52,692 nucleotides of DNA from a virus (IMGVR_UViG_3300014827_000003:1-52692), one strand, 5' to 3'. Counted from the first letter of the stretch, positions 28,401 to 37,361 are shown. A program made the numbers and translations. The notes: generated by a model from the sequence alone, not told the origin.

Positions 28401-29682
28401 CGAAGTTTATGTCGATGATGGCTCAGGTTACAATCTCTATGATGTAACTAGAAATTCAGACGATATTGTAAATATTCTAATTACAGAATTAGGTCTTGTA
28501 CATAATTTTAAAGTTCTTGCCGTAAGTGCAAACGGTTCAAAACTAGATTTAGGGTCAGTGGGATTTGTCTCTGCAACTCCAGTTGCTAAAACAACTAGAC
28601 CTGGAGATGTATTAGATCTTTACATAAATATTACCAATGAAGTTCTTCAATTAAATTGGATAGCCCCTACTGATATTGATATTAAAGAATACTTAATTCG
28701 CTATTCTCCTGTTCCCACAGGTACTTGGAACTCATCAATCCCTTTGATGAAAACTGGAAATTCTAATACAACTACAGCTACCCAAGCTCGAACTGGAACA
28801 TATTTAATTAAGGCAATTGATTGGAATGGAAATGAATCAGGTAATGCCGCTGAGGCCATTACCTCTATCCCCAATCTTTTTAATTTAAATATAGTCGAAA
28901 CTACCTCCGACTTTCCGAGTCTTTTAGGGGTTGGGGATCAGGTTCAAGTTCTTGCTGGAAGTTTAATAATCCAAAATAAAGTTGTTGGAGGGGTAAGCAC
29001 AAATGAGTATTACTCAGAAGCATTTTATTATTACAATAATTTTTTAGATTTAGGGGATATTTATTCGGTTAGATTACAATCCCTAATACAGGCTGAAGGA
29101 TATACGCTTGATGATTTAATGAGTAATTGGACTTCTCTTGACAATGTTATATCCCTATCCAATTCTAAATTCTCTGAGTGGGACGTTGAGACACAAGTTA
29201 GAGCTACTAACACCTTAAACGTAATGAGTGAATGGCCCTCCCTAAATGTAATTGACCCTATTAGCGTGGGGAACCAGGATAACTTTACTCCTTGGAGAGT
29301 ATTTACTATGGGAGATTTCACTGGAAGGATTTTTCAATTCCGACTCCGCTTAATTAGTAATAAGGCCAGTGTTTCTCCACGAGTTTTTGATGGGGTAATA
29401 AAATCTGACATGCCGGATCGTACCGATATTTACAATAATCTATCAAGTTCTGCCACTATTCCGTATGTAGTTACATACTCCACCCCGTTTAAAGGGCCTG
29501 GAACAACACCGAATGTGCAAATAACTCAGGATGCGGCTCAAGCTGGGGATAGATTCGTACTAAGTAATAAGACTCTTTCCAGTTTCGAAATTGTTTTCTA
29601 TGATGGTACAAGTGCTCAGGTAGTAAGACAATTTGACTGCGCAGTGAAAGGGTTTGGTCATAAGAGTGCAAATTCTATATAG
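25420..29682 (+). CDS. tail tip/host-specificity protein J-like, with fused N-terminal gpI-like region and FN3-like domains
   Basis: VPKVYG, NPAWVF.DL, IFTPRNS, QAWR.GRY, RGD.V, TYLIKAID..GNES. Confidence 0.88.
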   Translation: MIKIKLNAIASKENTVKFIPDETLDKLINRSLLDYGLNPADEKILQYFCAFLDGKEIPREFWEYCSVEESAEILIAPVLKGGDFGQIFGQILVLAAVVTAAYLTAGMSNWAIAGIVGATSIGATLLVHALIPPPIPGGLGGFSSSGNSYADSQMNSIAGQSNSVKKFGNVPKVYGTYKTYPNVAAAPYTELETDVSTGQLVQYFYAVYDFGFGPAVISDIKLGDTSINSFTDWQINLVDFNKPAISEGYWDDATSNSLKYYKGEVSVDSTAAAINLNKNDAGTSPDDYQVTRSAAANPSSYTQEISLDFVCPKGLYCLGTNGDRSSRTIELEIYFSKVGANDWKAYNDPLYVSSFLSAGGTDAEFKSSKLTPAPGIIGDAYSVLIHRYVYVAYVWISATKQYALTHYFNVVYAAGTSQIIVATSEINVGDILGQGTENFGTVTSLTALASRTGFSLATIDVPLSRDIVVAQVSYYDRSGLTDTTPPWQGSLGAPIVKQNLSYGKVAITANSQSQIFATFKFKPREIAAYEVRVTRITSHSIYTFQVGDELSLYEIVTRFDAAPIVTTNRHLFLEIKIKATNQLNGTIQNLSAVCSSVLDTYDTGTSSWVKKVTDNPAWVFVDLMTGEINKRKISKDRLDLTSILEWEAFCNEIPVPPPSTTYTMKRFGTNFILDYSTTLQGVIGTVANAAQASLNMVDGKYGVLIDKKRTIPVQIFTPRNSSGFSSTRNYSDPPDAIKVVFADPNLNWQQSERVVYSDGFNAVNSVKFDSLPSFACTNHEQAWRFGRYMMAQNRLRQEQISITVDFEYLVCTRGDYVQITQDVMLVGGQPARVKTVVGTTITIDDGVTTTIGPSYGYVSRGPSGIITNTLTVIDSTTFILAGAIPGVGDLIVIGEVGSIVLDCIVKAISPSDALTAQLLLVEKADAVYDAESTMDNPAYSPQLTTSLGDSTTPPGEVRSLEIASNSWKFNGSGYDYYIGLDWGVPTTGGAYEAFEVYVDDGSGYNLYDVTRNSDDIVNILITELGLVHNFKVLAVSANGSKLDLGSVGFVSATPVAKTTRPGDVLDLYINITNEVLQLNWIAPTDIDIKEYLIRYSPVPTGTWNSSIPLMKTGNSNTTTATQARTGTYLIKAIDWNGNESGNAAEAITSIPNLFNLNIVETTSDFPSLLGVGDQVQVLAGSLIIQNKVVGGVSTNEYYSEAFYYYNNFLDLGDIYSVRLQSLIQAEGYTLDDLMSNWTSLDNVISLSNSKFSEWDVETQVRATNTLNVMSEWPSLNVIDPISVGNQDNFTPWRVFTMGDFTGRIFQFRLRLISNKASVSPRVFDGVIKSDMPDRTDIYNNLSSSATIPYVVTYSTPFKGPGTTPNVQITQDAAQAGDRFVLSNKTLSSFEIVFYDGTSAQVVRQFDCAVKGFGHKSANSI

Positions 29683-29704
29683 CAATTAACAAGGATTTAA
29701 AATA

Positions 29705-30943
29705 ATGGCCCAATCAATCTTTACATCAATCTCCCCTTCAACTACCTCGGGAGACCAGTTGGCAACTATCCTAAATAACTTTAAGGATGCATATGTCACA
29801 GGTAATAGTGGAACTTCTCGTCCTTCTGCCCTACAAGCTGGGGGAGTTTGGGTAGATGTAACTAATAATCCTACAAGCTGGGCACTAAAACTATATAACG
29901 GATCAGTAGATATTTCTCTGTTTGTTATTAATTTAGTTTCGGGGATTGCTTCAATAACTTCTACAGATTCAATTTTTGAAATTGATAAATCAAGCAACGA
30001 TGCAGTTGGGGCCATTCTAAAATTCTTCAAGAAAAGACCTATAGGAAATCAAACTTTAGCTTCAGATGTGATTGGCGAAATCGATTTTTATGGTAACAGA
30101 GATACAGATGTAGCAACGGTCCAAGCAAGAATAACTGCTACATCTTCTAATAACGTAACGGCTTCTCAGCAAGGAGCTTATTTAATTTTTGAAGGAACAA
30201 GTTTAAATGCTTCTTCCGTAGCTGAATGGATGAGATTAGTTGATGCTAAGTTAGGTATTGGGATTTCAACCCCAGAAGAAACTCTGCATGTAAGAGGAAC
30301 TGGAGTAAAGGTAGGAAAGTTTAGTGATGACGCTATTGGATCTAAATTATCCTTCAGAAAATCTCGTGTAACTGGAGTGGGCCAAGTTCAAAGTGCTGAT
30401 GTAGTTGCAAGTCAAACATATAATTCTACTGATGATAGTGGACTAGAAATTGAAGTTGCCAGAATAGAAGTTATTGCGAGTGAACTTCACACTTCTACTG
30501 CTCAGGGAAGTACTGTAAAAATAAAAAGTAAAAAGTCTGGAACTACAACTTTAGTAGATTCAATTGTTATAGACGATTCTGGGGTAGCTATTCCAGAATT
30601 AAAAGCCGGAAGTGGCGGTGGGATGAGATTCACAGCAGTCCAAGATATAACTGCCAGTGGAACTATTGCAGTTGGGATAGCTCCTCAACAGGCTTTAAAT
30701 GTTCAAGGAAGTGCTGGTCCTCAAGATTCTAACACAGTCCCATTTGCAACTAATCCCCCTGATGGAACAATAATCACATTAATTGGTAGGGATGATGCAA
30801 AAATTCTAACAATTTTTCACAATGATGTCACTAACGGGTGTGTACTAAAAGGTGATTGCTACTTAGGTAAGGATGATGTTCTAATGCTTATAAGAAATGC
30901 AACAACACAAAGATATAATGAACTTACTAGGAGCGTACATTAA
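29705..30943 (+). CDS. tail fibre/virion structural protein
   Basis: After J; SGTSRPS..Q.G.VW.D anchor-like motif; GIGISTPEETLHV fibre motif. Confidence 0.65.
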   Translation: MAQSIFTSISPSTTSGDQLATILNNFKDAYVTGNSGTSRPSALQAGGVWVDVTNNPTSWALKLYNGSVDISLFVINLVSGIASITSTDSIFEIDKSSNDAVGAILKFFKKRPIGNQTLASDVIGEIDFYGNRDTDVATVQARITATSSNNVTASQQGAYLIFEGTSLNASSVAEWMRLVDAKLGIGISTPEETLHVRGTGVKVGKFSDDAIGSKLSFRKSRVTGVGQVQSADVVASQTYNSTDDSGLEIEVARIEVIASELHTSTAQGSTVKIKSKKSGTTTLVDSIVIDDSGVAIPELKAGSGGGMRFTAVQDITASGTIAVGIAPQQALNVQGSAGPQDSNTVPFATNPPDGTIITLIGRDDAKILTIFHNDVTNGCVLKGDCYLGKDDVLMLIRNATTQRYNELTRSVH

Positions 30944-33201
30944 TGAAAACCTTACTACTAGCTAGTATATTACTCTTTCTTCCAATGCAATCAGCACTGG
31001 CCGTTACGGAAAATACTGGAAGACTCGATAATATAACAACAAATAATCCTGCAAAAATAACTGTAGATGTTCTAAAGAATTTAAATATTAATACTACTGG
31101 TGGATTGTATTTACCTAATGGAACTACAGCTCAAAGAATTTCTCCTTCAAAGGATGGGTTTTTAAGATACAACTCTACAACTGGCACAGCAGAACTTTAT
31201 GCTAATTCAGCTTGGGGCGCAGTTGGTGGGGGGCTTTCGGCTTGGGTTACAGCTAAGGCCTATTCAGTGGGCGATATAGTTATTCAATCTAATTTAATAT
31301 ACAAATGTTTAATTGCACACACATCGGGAACTTTTGCAACTGACTTAGGTGCAAGCGATTGGGTTGAAGTATCGGCTCCAGGAAATCTAACAGGGGACAT
31401 GGTATCTACTGGACTATCAACTTCCTACAGTGCGATTGTCCCAACTACTAAAGGTGGAACTGGTTTAAGTACTGTGGGCACTGAAACTAAAGTTTTAAAA
31501 GTAGTCTCGGGCGTTCCTGCTTATGGCGAAGAAGATAGATCAAATCTTTTAGTCAATCCAAACTTTGAAGATACCGCCTTAACGGGATGGGCATGCACGA
31601 CAGGAACATGCACAAGCACGACAACATCAGGAGAGTTCACAGAGGGATTAGCGGCTTATAAGATCACTTCAGGCGCACCGACCGCTATTAACGCCTCTCA
31701 GTCCGTAAGCACTTTATCAGGATCAACTACTCAATATGTAGTAGGTGTAAACTATAAAGTCGATTCGACAATGACCGACTTTCAAATTTGTACCTTGATT
31801 GCAGGAGCAGAAAAGACTTGTGTGCCTTCGGCTAATTTAATTATTGATAATGCTTATCATAGTATCGAGATTCCAGAAGTAATTACTCCAGGTTCTACTG
31901 TAGGAATTAAAGTAAAAACTACTGCGACCTATAACGGAAAGATTGCTTATTTGGATAAGGCTTATATCAAACAAGGCTTAGGAACTCAGAATTTGGCTTT
32001 GGATTACGACTATACTGCTCAGGTTTCAGTAACGGGAGTTATTTCAGCACTAAACAAGCCGGGATGGTTAACGGGTAACTGTGTCGTTTCCCTTACTGCT
32101 CAATATGATTGCCCAATAGCTAGTGGGCTTATTACTACTCAAATGAACTGTCAAGTAACTGCCCAAGGTTCTATCTTTGATGATAGATCGGCATATTATG
32201 ATTATACCAATTCAACCTCGACGAATGTTCGATATAGAACAGCAAACACAGCAAATGCAACAGCAACCGCTTATGCAATGAGCTTAAAGTGCAGCAAGAC
32301 CGGCAACGACTACCTCGCTTCAAGTGCTGCGGTTTATAGTCAGGCGAGTGCGGAAAGTCCCGTTATCCTAACATCTGCCTCAAGCATGACAGTTGGACTA
32401 AGCACCGACACACTAGTCCCCCTTGCGACTATTTCAAGTAATACTAATAATTATTCACTTGTCTCGAATGGTGTCACGATAAGAAAGTCAGGGAAATATC
32501 TTGTAAGGCTCTCGGGTAACTTTTCGGCAAACACTGATGTAGTGACGATGAAATTAGATGTTAACGGAGCAAAAACCTCCGGTGTTGCTCACGCACTAGA
32601 TGCCAATACTGCTGGCTCATGGTCGTATTTCGAAGACAACCTAATCATAGATTTAAGCGCTAACGATGTTCTTAAATTCTACGCATCACAAACGGTAGCA
32701 ACTAGAACTGCGTCTGACTTGAAAATGTATATCCAAGATATTTCTCCATATAGGAGTATCGTTGGATCATTCGCAGGATATTCCCCTATTACAAGTCAAG
32801 TGGGAGCACGAGCATACGCTTCTGCTGCTGTTATATCGGGAACACTTGCTACAGTCGTATGGACTACTGAAAGCTATGATGCAAACAGTGCGCTTGCTTC
32901 AGGAGTATTCACTTGCCCTGTAGCTGGGAAGTATCAAGTAAATACTAGAGTGGAGGTTGCTGGAACGATTGCACTAAACACTCAACTAGACCTACAAGCA
33001 CAAAAAAATGGTACGGTATTCGCTGAAGATTTAAAATATGCAGGTGGAGTAATGACTGATCAAACTGCACAACTGTCAGATGTGATTGATTGTGTTGTTG
33101 GTGATACCGTCAGGGTACAAGTATCCAGTGGTGCCACTACGCCCTCAATTGTGTCTAGTAATTCTAAAAACTTTTTCTCTATACAATGGGTGGCACCATA
33201 A
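30943..33201 (+). CDS. multi-domain fibre/adhesin with N-terminal signal peptide
   Basis: MKT-LLLASILLFLPM-QSALA; LPNGTTAQR..G.LRYN fibre motif; W....AYSVGDIV...YKC..AHTS (CBM5/12-like); NLLVNPNFE (CBM4/9-like); two C1q-like domains. Confidence 0.75.
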   Translation: MKTLLLASILLFLPMQSALAVTENTGRLDNITTNNPAKITVDVLKNLNINTTGGLYLPNGTTAQRISPSKDGFLRYNSTTGTAELYANSAWGAVGGGLSAWVTAKAYSVGDIVIQSNLIYKCLIAHTSGTFATDLGASDWVEVSAPGNLTGDMVSTGLSTSYSAIVPTTKGGTGLSTVGTETKVLKVVSGVPAYGEEDRSNLLVNPNFEDTALTGWACTTGTCTSTTTSGEFTEGLAAYKITSGAPTAINASQSVSTLSGSTTQYVVGVNYKVDSTMTDFQICTLIAGAEKTCVPSANLIIDNAYHSIEIPEVITPGSTVGIKVKTTATYNGKIAYLDKAYIKQGLGTQNLALDYDYTAQVSVTGVISALNKPGWLTGNCVVSLTAQYDCPIASGLITTQMNCQVTAQGSIFDDRSAYYDYTNSTSTNVRYRTANTANATATAYAMSLKCSKTGNDYLASSAAVYSQASAESPVILTSASSMTVGLSTDTLVPLATISSNTNNYSLVSNGVTIRKSGKYLVRLSGNFSANTDVVTMKLDVNGAKTSGVAHALDANTAGSWSYFEDNLIIDLSANDVLKFYASQTVATRTASDLKMYIQDISPYRSIVGSFAGYSPITSQVGARAYASAAVISGTLATVVWTTESYDANSALASGVFTCPVAGKYQVNTRVEVAGTIALNTQLDLQAQKNGTVFAEDLKYAGGVMTDQTAQLSDVIDCVVGDTVRVQVSSGATTPSIVSSNSKNFFSIQWVAP

Positions 33202-33202
33202 T

Positions 33203-33355
33203 ATGAAATATTTATTACTACTTTTACTCCTTGTTTACTTAATCCTTATGTTTTTTGGTTATTTTTTACTGACGATCGGTGGCGAAGGCAAAGAGCTAAA
33301 ATTCAAAGAAGTTTTATTCTCACCATATTATCTTTTAAGAGGGTTTTTGGGATGA
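33203..33355 (+). CDS. small membrane protein (50 aa)
   Basis: MKYLLLLLLLVYLILMFFGYFLL; ATG 1 nt after fibre stop. Confidence 0.6.
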   Translation: MKYLLLLLLLVYLILMFFGYFLLTIGGEGKELKFKEVLFSPYYLLRGFLG

Positions 33356-33483
33356 AAAAACTAATACTAATTATCATAACTATTTTTATATCCTCCTGCT
33401 CCACTTTTCAATGTGAAAAAGATGCAGACGGAAATTGCAAAGCGGTTGATCAAACTGGATTACTGGATCATGGGGGGAATTGA
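33352..33483 (+). CDS. small lipoprotein (43 aa), Cor/Llp-like candidate
   Basis: Own translation MKKLILIIITIFISS-CSTFQCEKDADGNC...; lipobox ISSC; ATGA coupling. Confidence 0.65.
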   Translation: MKKLILIIITIFISSCSTFQCEKDADGNCKAVDQTGLLDHGGN

Positions 33484-33485
33484 TT

Positions 33486-33968
33486 ATGAGACTCCTTAAC
33501 GAAGCCGGAATGAGTATTCTTAAATACTCCGAAGGATACACCGCTAAACCAGAAAACGATTGTTTGGGAATACCTACCGTCGGAATCGGCACAATAGTAT
33601 ATCCTAATGGAGTACACGTCCAATTAGGTGACCCCGAGATAACTTTAGAAAAAGCATTGGAATATCTCAATTATGAATTGAGAGAAAAATCAGCAACGGT
33701 AGAAGATTGGCTTAATTCAAACCATGTCGAATTATCAGATAACCAATTTTCTGCGTTGCTGTGTTTTGCATATAATTGTGGAACTGGCCCTATTACTCAC
33801 CCTAGTTCTCTAAATAGGGCAATACTAAAAAAAGATGGCCCTGCTATTAGAAAAGCTTTTATGCTGTATGTTAAGGGGACTAAGAAAATATTAGGGATTC
33901 CTTACAAGGTGACTTTAAAAGGACTTGTAATTAGGAGGGGTAAAGAGGCTTCTCTTTATTTTTCATAA
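33486..33968 (+). CDS. endolysin, GH24 (T4-lysozyme-like) muramidase
   Basis: E-x8-D-x5-T triad (SEG...DCLGIPTVG), NQFSAL..FAYN.G, GLVIRR..E. Confidence 0.92.
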   Translation: MRLLNEAGMSILKYSEGYTAKPENDCLGIPTVGIGTIVYPNGVHVQLGDPEITLEKALEYLNYELREKSATVEDWLNSNHVELSDNQFSALLCFAYNCGTGPITHPSSLNRAILKKDGPAIRKAFMLYVKGTKKILGIPYKVTLKGLVIRRGKEASLYFS

Positions 33969-34020
33969 CTAAAATTATAGAATTTAATAGCGTATTTCTC
34001 TCTATTTTTTAAGGAACCTA

Positions 34021-34206
34021 ATGGAAAACAAAAATTTTAGTTTTAAGAAAATCGGGGCAGAGGCTATTTTAATTGGGATGCTTATTCCTTGGATTGCGTG
34101 GGCTTCAATATCCATTACAGACAATAAAGCTAGGTCCGAAAGAGTGATTACAGTAGAGGCTAAAGTAGATTATATCTACCACTACCTAATCGAGAAGAAT
34201 AAATGA
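34021..34206 (+). CDS. small membrane protein, holin/antiholin candidate
   Basis: One TM helix; after endolysin. Confidence 0.5.
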   Translation: MENKNFSFKKIGAEAILIGMLIPWIAWASISITDNKARSERVITVEAKVDYIYHYLIEKNK

Positions 34207-34349
34207 GGGAATTTATAATTGCACACCTATTACATATCGGTTCTATGCTTGCATATTCGTTTTTAGAGTATAAAATTGGTAAATCAAAAAACATAGAATC
34301 AAACTCTTTGGTAGAATTGATTCTCAAAAACGTATGGAGAGGAAAATGA
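34203..34349 (+). CDS. small membrane-associated protein (48 aa), holin candidate
   Basis: Own translation MREFIIAHLLHIGSMLAYSFLEYKIGKSKNIESNSLVELIL...; ATGA overlaps at both ends. Confidence 0.55.
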   Translation: MREFIIAHLLHIGSMLAYSFLEYKIGKSKNIESNSLVELILKNVWRGK

Positions 34350-34573
34350 AAGCAGAATTAGTAAAATTATTAGTAGAGTCTATTGACCTAGAAAAACTAG
34401 TTATTGGTTTGATCGAAGGTGTGGGTGAGCAAGCTCTTAAAGATGTAGTAGCTAAATCTGTTACTCCTCTAGATGATGCTGCCGTAGCTATGATTCTTCC
34501 AGCTCTTAATCCTGCAATTGAATCTTTAATTAAAGCTAAAGTTGCAGAACTTAAAGCTTCTCTCGTAGCTTAA
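34346..34573 (+). CDS. amphipathic hypothetical protein in lysis cassette
   Basis: GGAGAGG RBS; TPLDDAAV motif. Confidence 0.6.
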   Translation: MKAELVKLLVESIDLEKLVIGLIEGVGEQALKDVVAKSVTPLDDAAVAMILPALNPAIESLIKAKVAELKASLVA

Positions 34574-34618
34574 ATCCCCTAGGGGTAGCACAATAAGTAA
34601 GTTAGCACTAATTTACTA

Positions 34619-34644
34619 GGGCGGTTAAATACCGCCCATTTTTT
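34619..34644 (+). terminator. intrinsic terminator
   Basis: GGGCGGT-TAAAT-ACCGCCC plus ATTTTTT. Confidence 0.8.
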
Positions 34645-34657
34645 ATTAGATTAAACT

Positions 34658-35026
34658 ATGACTACATATCAAGCTCCAGTTACATTAAATGACTACACTC
34701 AGGCCGCAGCTAACGTGCTTATAAGGGCGTTAAGAGATGACTTCATAACTTATGTCGTTGCCTTTCTTCCAATTGGCGTAGCGGGCCTCTTAACACCCTT
34801 GATAGCATTAGTGGCAGGGTTCATATTCGATTGGGTGGGAAAGCAAGCTGCATTCATGGCATTTTGTAAATACACAGATTTTCGTGTGGCCCATCAAAGT
34901 TCCGTATTAGGAATCGCAATTTATAATGAGATTCAAGCTAAGAGGGAGGGAAATCTAGATGCAATCCTACAGGCCGAAAAAGATGCTGACATTGCTTTTG
35001 ATAATTTTGTTACCTTGTTTAAGTAA
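34658..35026 (+). CDS. membrane protein, i-spanin-like candidate
   Basis: Hydrophobic segment then helical C-terminus; overlaps lipoprotein gene. Confidence 0.45.
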   Translation: MTTYQAPVTLNDYTQAAANVLIRALRDDFITYVVAFLPIGVAGLLTPLIALVAGFIFDWVGKQAAFMAFCKYTDFRVAHQSSVLGIAIYNEIQAKREGNLDAILQAEKDADIAFDNFVTLFK

Positions 35027-35297
35027 CTGTACCCTAACTCCCCCCAATGTACCTGTATGCAGGGAAAAGGATATAGATAAGGGGAGATGCACTTATATCG
35101 TTTCAGGTAAATCTTTCGATGTAGACGAAACTCATTTGTTCGAAGGAAAAACTTGGTATGAGCAACGTACATATTTTATTCTAGTCCCAATTTCTTCATG
35201 GGCAGAATTAAAGTCTTACATTGTAAAAATGTGTGAAAAATATAAAAACTGTCAGACTACTGACACTACTGTAAAGTCCATCGATGGGATGCTGTAA
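34983..35297 (+). CDS. lipoprotein, o-spanin-like candidate
   Basis: MLTLLLIILLPCLSN-C lipobox, Pro-rich start, extra Cys. Confidence 0.6.
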   Translation: MLTLLLIILLPCLSNCTLTPPNVPVCREKDIDKGRCTYIVSGKSFDVDETHLFEGKTWYEQRTYFILVPISSWAELKSYIVKMCEKYKNCQTTDTTVKSIDGML

Positions 35298-35366
35298 CTT
35301 TACTTATTAGCTAACAAATATCACTCTTAAGTAGACTAAAAACTTAAAACCAAGGATGGTCTGAGA

Positions 35367-36176
35367 GTGAGTACAGTTACCCATAAGTTAAATCTCCCCG
35401 GTCAAGCCCAAAATTGGTTCTGGTTCTCTGACCTTCACGAAAAATCATTAAACAAACCTACCTACAACATTCTAATAGCCCATGCCCTTTCTCTACCAGA
35501 GAAAGACCGTAATCTAATTCTTGGGGGGGATTTTTTTGATCTTGCCCATATGATGCCTAAAGGAGCTTTATTCCAAAGTTGGGCCAAGAGATCTGATGGT
35601 GCTGATCTGTATTTCCTCCCCCTATTCGAAGCAGAGACAAAGTGGGGAAACGAAATACTAGATGAGCTCCAGACTGTCTTTAGAAATATTATTTTTATGC
35701 ACGGAAACCATGATGGACCAAGGGCTAATGTCTATCGTGAAATATACTGTCCTGCTGGATATAAAGATCATTTCCATGTTGGCAAGGCACTAAACCTAGA
35801 AAAAAGAAATATTGGGGAAGTTCAGTATAATGATTGGCTGGATTTTGGACCAGACTTAACTATGACTCACGGTATGGCCCACGGAGCTTCTGCTTCTAAA
35901 AGACACTATATGCTCGGTAGGGGTAAAAGTGTTATCCATGGACACTTACACCATTTCGATATTACAGCTTTTCCTGTTAGAGGAAACACTCAGTACGTTT
36001 ACTCTATGGGCTGTGGGGCAGATTTAAATCCAAACTATATTAAGAATACTGATAATAATTGGGCCAATGGTTATGGGAATTTTATTATGATGCCTGATGG
36101 AACTCACTATGTTTATCAGAATGAAGTTAAAAATGGAATATTAGTCCTACAAGACACAAGGATAATAAAAGGATGA
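35367..36176 (+). CDS. calcineurin-like metallophosphoesterase
   Basis: DLH, GDFFD, GNHD, HG, GHLH. Confidence 0.9.
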   Translation: MSTVTHKLNLPGQAQNWFWFSDLHEKSLNKPTYNILIAHALSLPEKDRNLILGGDFFDLAHMMPKGALFQSWAKRSDGADLYFLPLFEAETKWGNEILDELQTVFRNIIFMHGNHDGPRANVYREIYCPAGYKDHFHVGKALNLEKRNIGEVQYNDWLDFGPDLTMTHGMAHGASASKRHYMLGRGKSVIHGHLHHFDITAFPVRGNTQYVYSMGCGADLNPNYIKNTDNNWANGYGNFIMMPDGTHYVYQNEVKNGILVLQDTRIIKG

Positions 36177-36460
36177 AACTATACGACAAAGTAGTTATTT
36201 TCGGAGAAGAAATAAATATCTCTTACTCAGACAAAGTTCCAGATGACCATGATGCAAATTGTTTAGAGGATAATATTTGGATTCATCCAAAGTGTAAAAA
36301 AGAGGAACTAGCTAGGGTTTTCATTCACGAATTTTTGCACCTAGTCTGTGGAAGAGTTTCGATTTCTCAGGGAGTCTCCAGGGATGCTGAAGAAATGATT
36401 GTAGATACAATGGCCAAGGCACTCACGGAAAATTTCCATTTTAGGTTTAAGAATAAGTGA
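36173..36460 (+). CDS. small HExxH zinc-metallopeptidase-like protein
   Basis: FIHEFLH and downstream EEMIV. Confidence 0.7.
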   Translation: MKLYDKVVIFGEEINISYSDKVPDDHDANCLEDNIWIHPKCKKEELARVFIHEFLHLVCGRVSISQGVSRDAEEMIVDTMAKALTENFHFRFKNK

Positions 36461-36651
36461 AATGGGGATTGCTATTTGTAGCATTACTCCTAGCTGGAAT
36501 AGTTAAATGTACAGAAGTTTTTATCTGTTCTTGGCACGAAGATAATACTTATTCCTGCGATAAAATTTCTGAAGAAGAGAAACCAAAAATTGAACCACTA
36601 ACGATCTCCGTATTTGGAGAAACAGATGAAATCGAAGATCTTGATTATTGA
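36457..36651 (+). CDS. hypothetical secreted/membrane protein
   Basis: Hydrophobic N-terminus. Confidence 0.5.
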   Translation: MKWGLLFVALLLAGIVKCTEVFICSWHEDNTYSCDKISEEEKPKIEPLTISVFGETDEIEDLDY

Positions 36652-36811
36652 TAGAGAGATAGGAATTTTCAATTGTTGTTTTGAAAAAGAAATTGAAGAT
36701 CCAGTTCCATATATAAAAGTTTGCAGAGAGAGAAAATTAATAGAGTTGAGTTTATTTATAGAAAGTCTAAAGGATCTTGAAGAAGATTTTTCCGCTCAAA
36801 GAGAAGAGTAG
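36626..36811 (+). CDS. hypothetical protein
   Basis: GGAG RBS before ATG 36626. Confidence 0.45.
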   Translation: MKSKILIIDREIGIFNCCFEKEIEDPVPYIKVCRERKLIELSLFIESLKDLEEDFSAQREE

Positions 36812-37145
36812 AGTTCCCAATATTAGTTTTTCGTAGGTGACACTCTATACAAAGTCTCTGGAGATTTTCAGGCCCACAAAACATTCTCTTAATATACTCA
36901 TCCCAATTCCCCTTAAAAGGTCCGATGGCCTCCCGGTGATCGATTTCGAGGAGTTTATCCTTCAGTGGGAAATACTTGTCGCACTCTTCACAATTATTTT
37001 CCCATATAGTTTTATCCTTACCATTGAGCATTTTACCGATAACTTTTTTTCTCCTATTTTTATTCATGCAATCTGTACGACCTTTCCAGGTAATCGTTGC
37101 AGATCTTAATGCACTTATTAAATATTTAATTGTCTCTTTGTCCAT
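36756..37145 (-). CDS. HNH endonuclease
   Basis: CEEC...IDH...NLQRLCIECH..KT. Confidence 0.85.
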   Translation of the reverse strand: MDKETIKYLISALRSATITWKGRTDCMNKNRRKKVIGKMLNGKDKTIWENNCEECDKYFPLKDKLLEIDHREAIGPFKGNWDEYIKRMFCGPENLQRLCIECHLRKTNIGNSTLLFERKNLLQDPLDFL

Positions 37146-37361
37146 AGCAATAATTGTCAAACACAAAAAAGATTTTAGCAACAACGCATTTCAGTAAATG
37201 TTTAATTTTAAAACAAAGTTAAATAAATTGTAAAAAATGTTTGTCATAGTAAAAACAAATTGCTCAAATAATCCCACAACAAACTTATCCCTTAGGGGAA
37301 TTTGACACCTCGTTTAGTTTTACTCTTTTGTCTATCTGAGGTGTCATCTTTTAGGAACTAA

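Noticed and set aside
4236-30030. Numerous 60-150 aa minus-strand ORFs inside structural and replication genes
   Set aside because: Antisense to well-supported genes, lacking RBS and motifs; the 8531-10309 gene is the exception and was kept
30943-33201. Diversity-generating retroelement target in the fibre
   Set aside because: No reverse transcriptase and no TR/VR repeat pair seen
37303-37346. 9-bp inverted repeat TGACACCTC/GAGGTGTCA upstream of polA as a riboswitch or operator
   Set aside because: Real but short with a 26-nt loop; no recognisable RNA family, so no function can be supported
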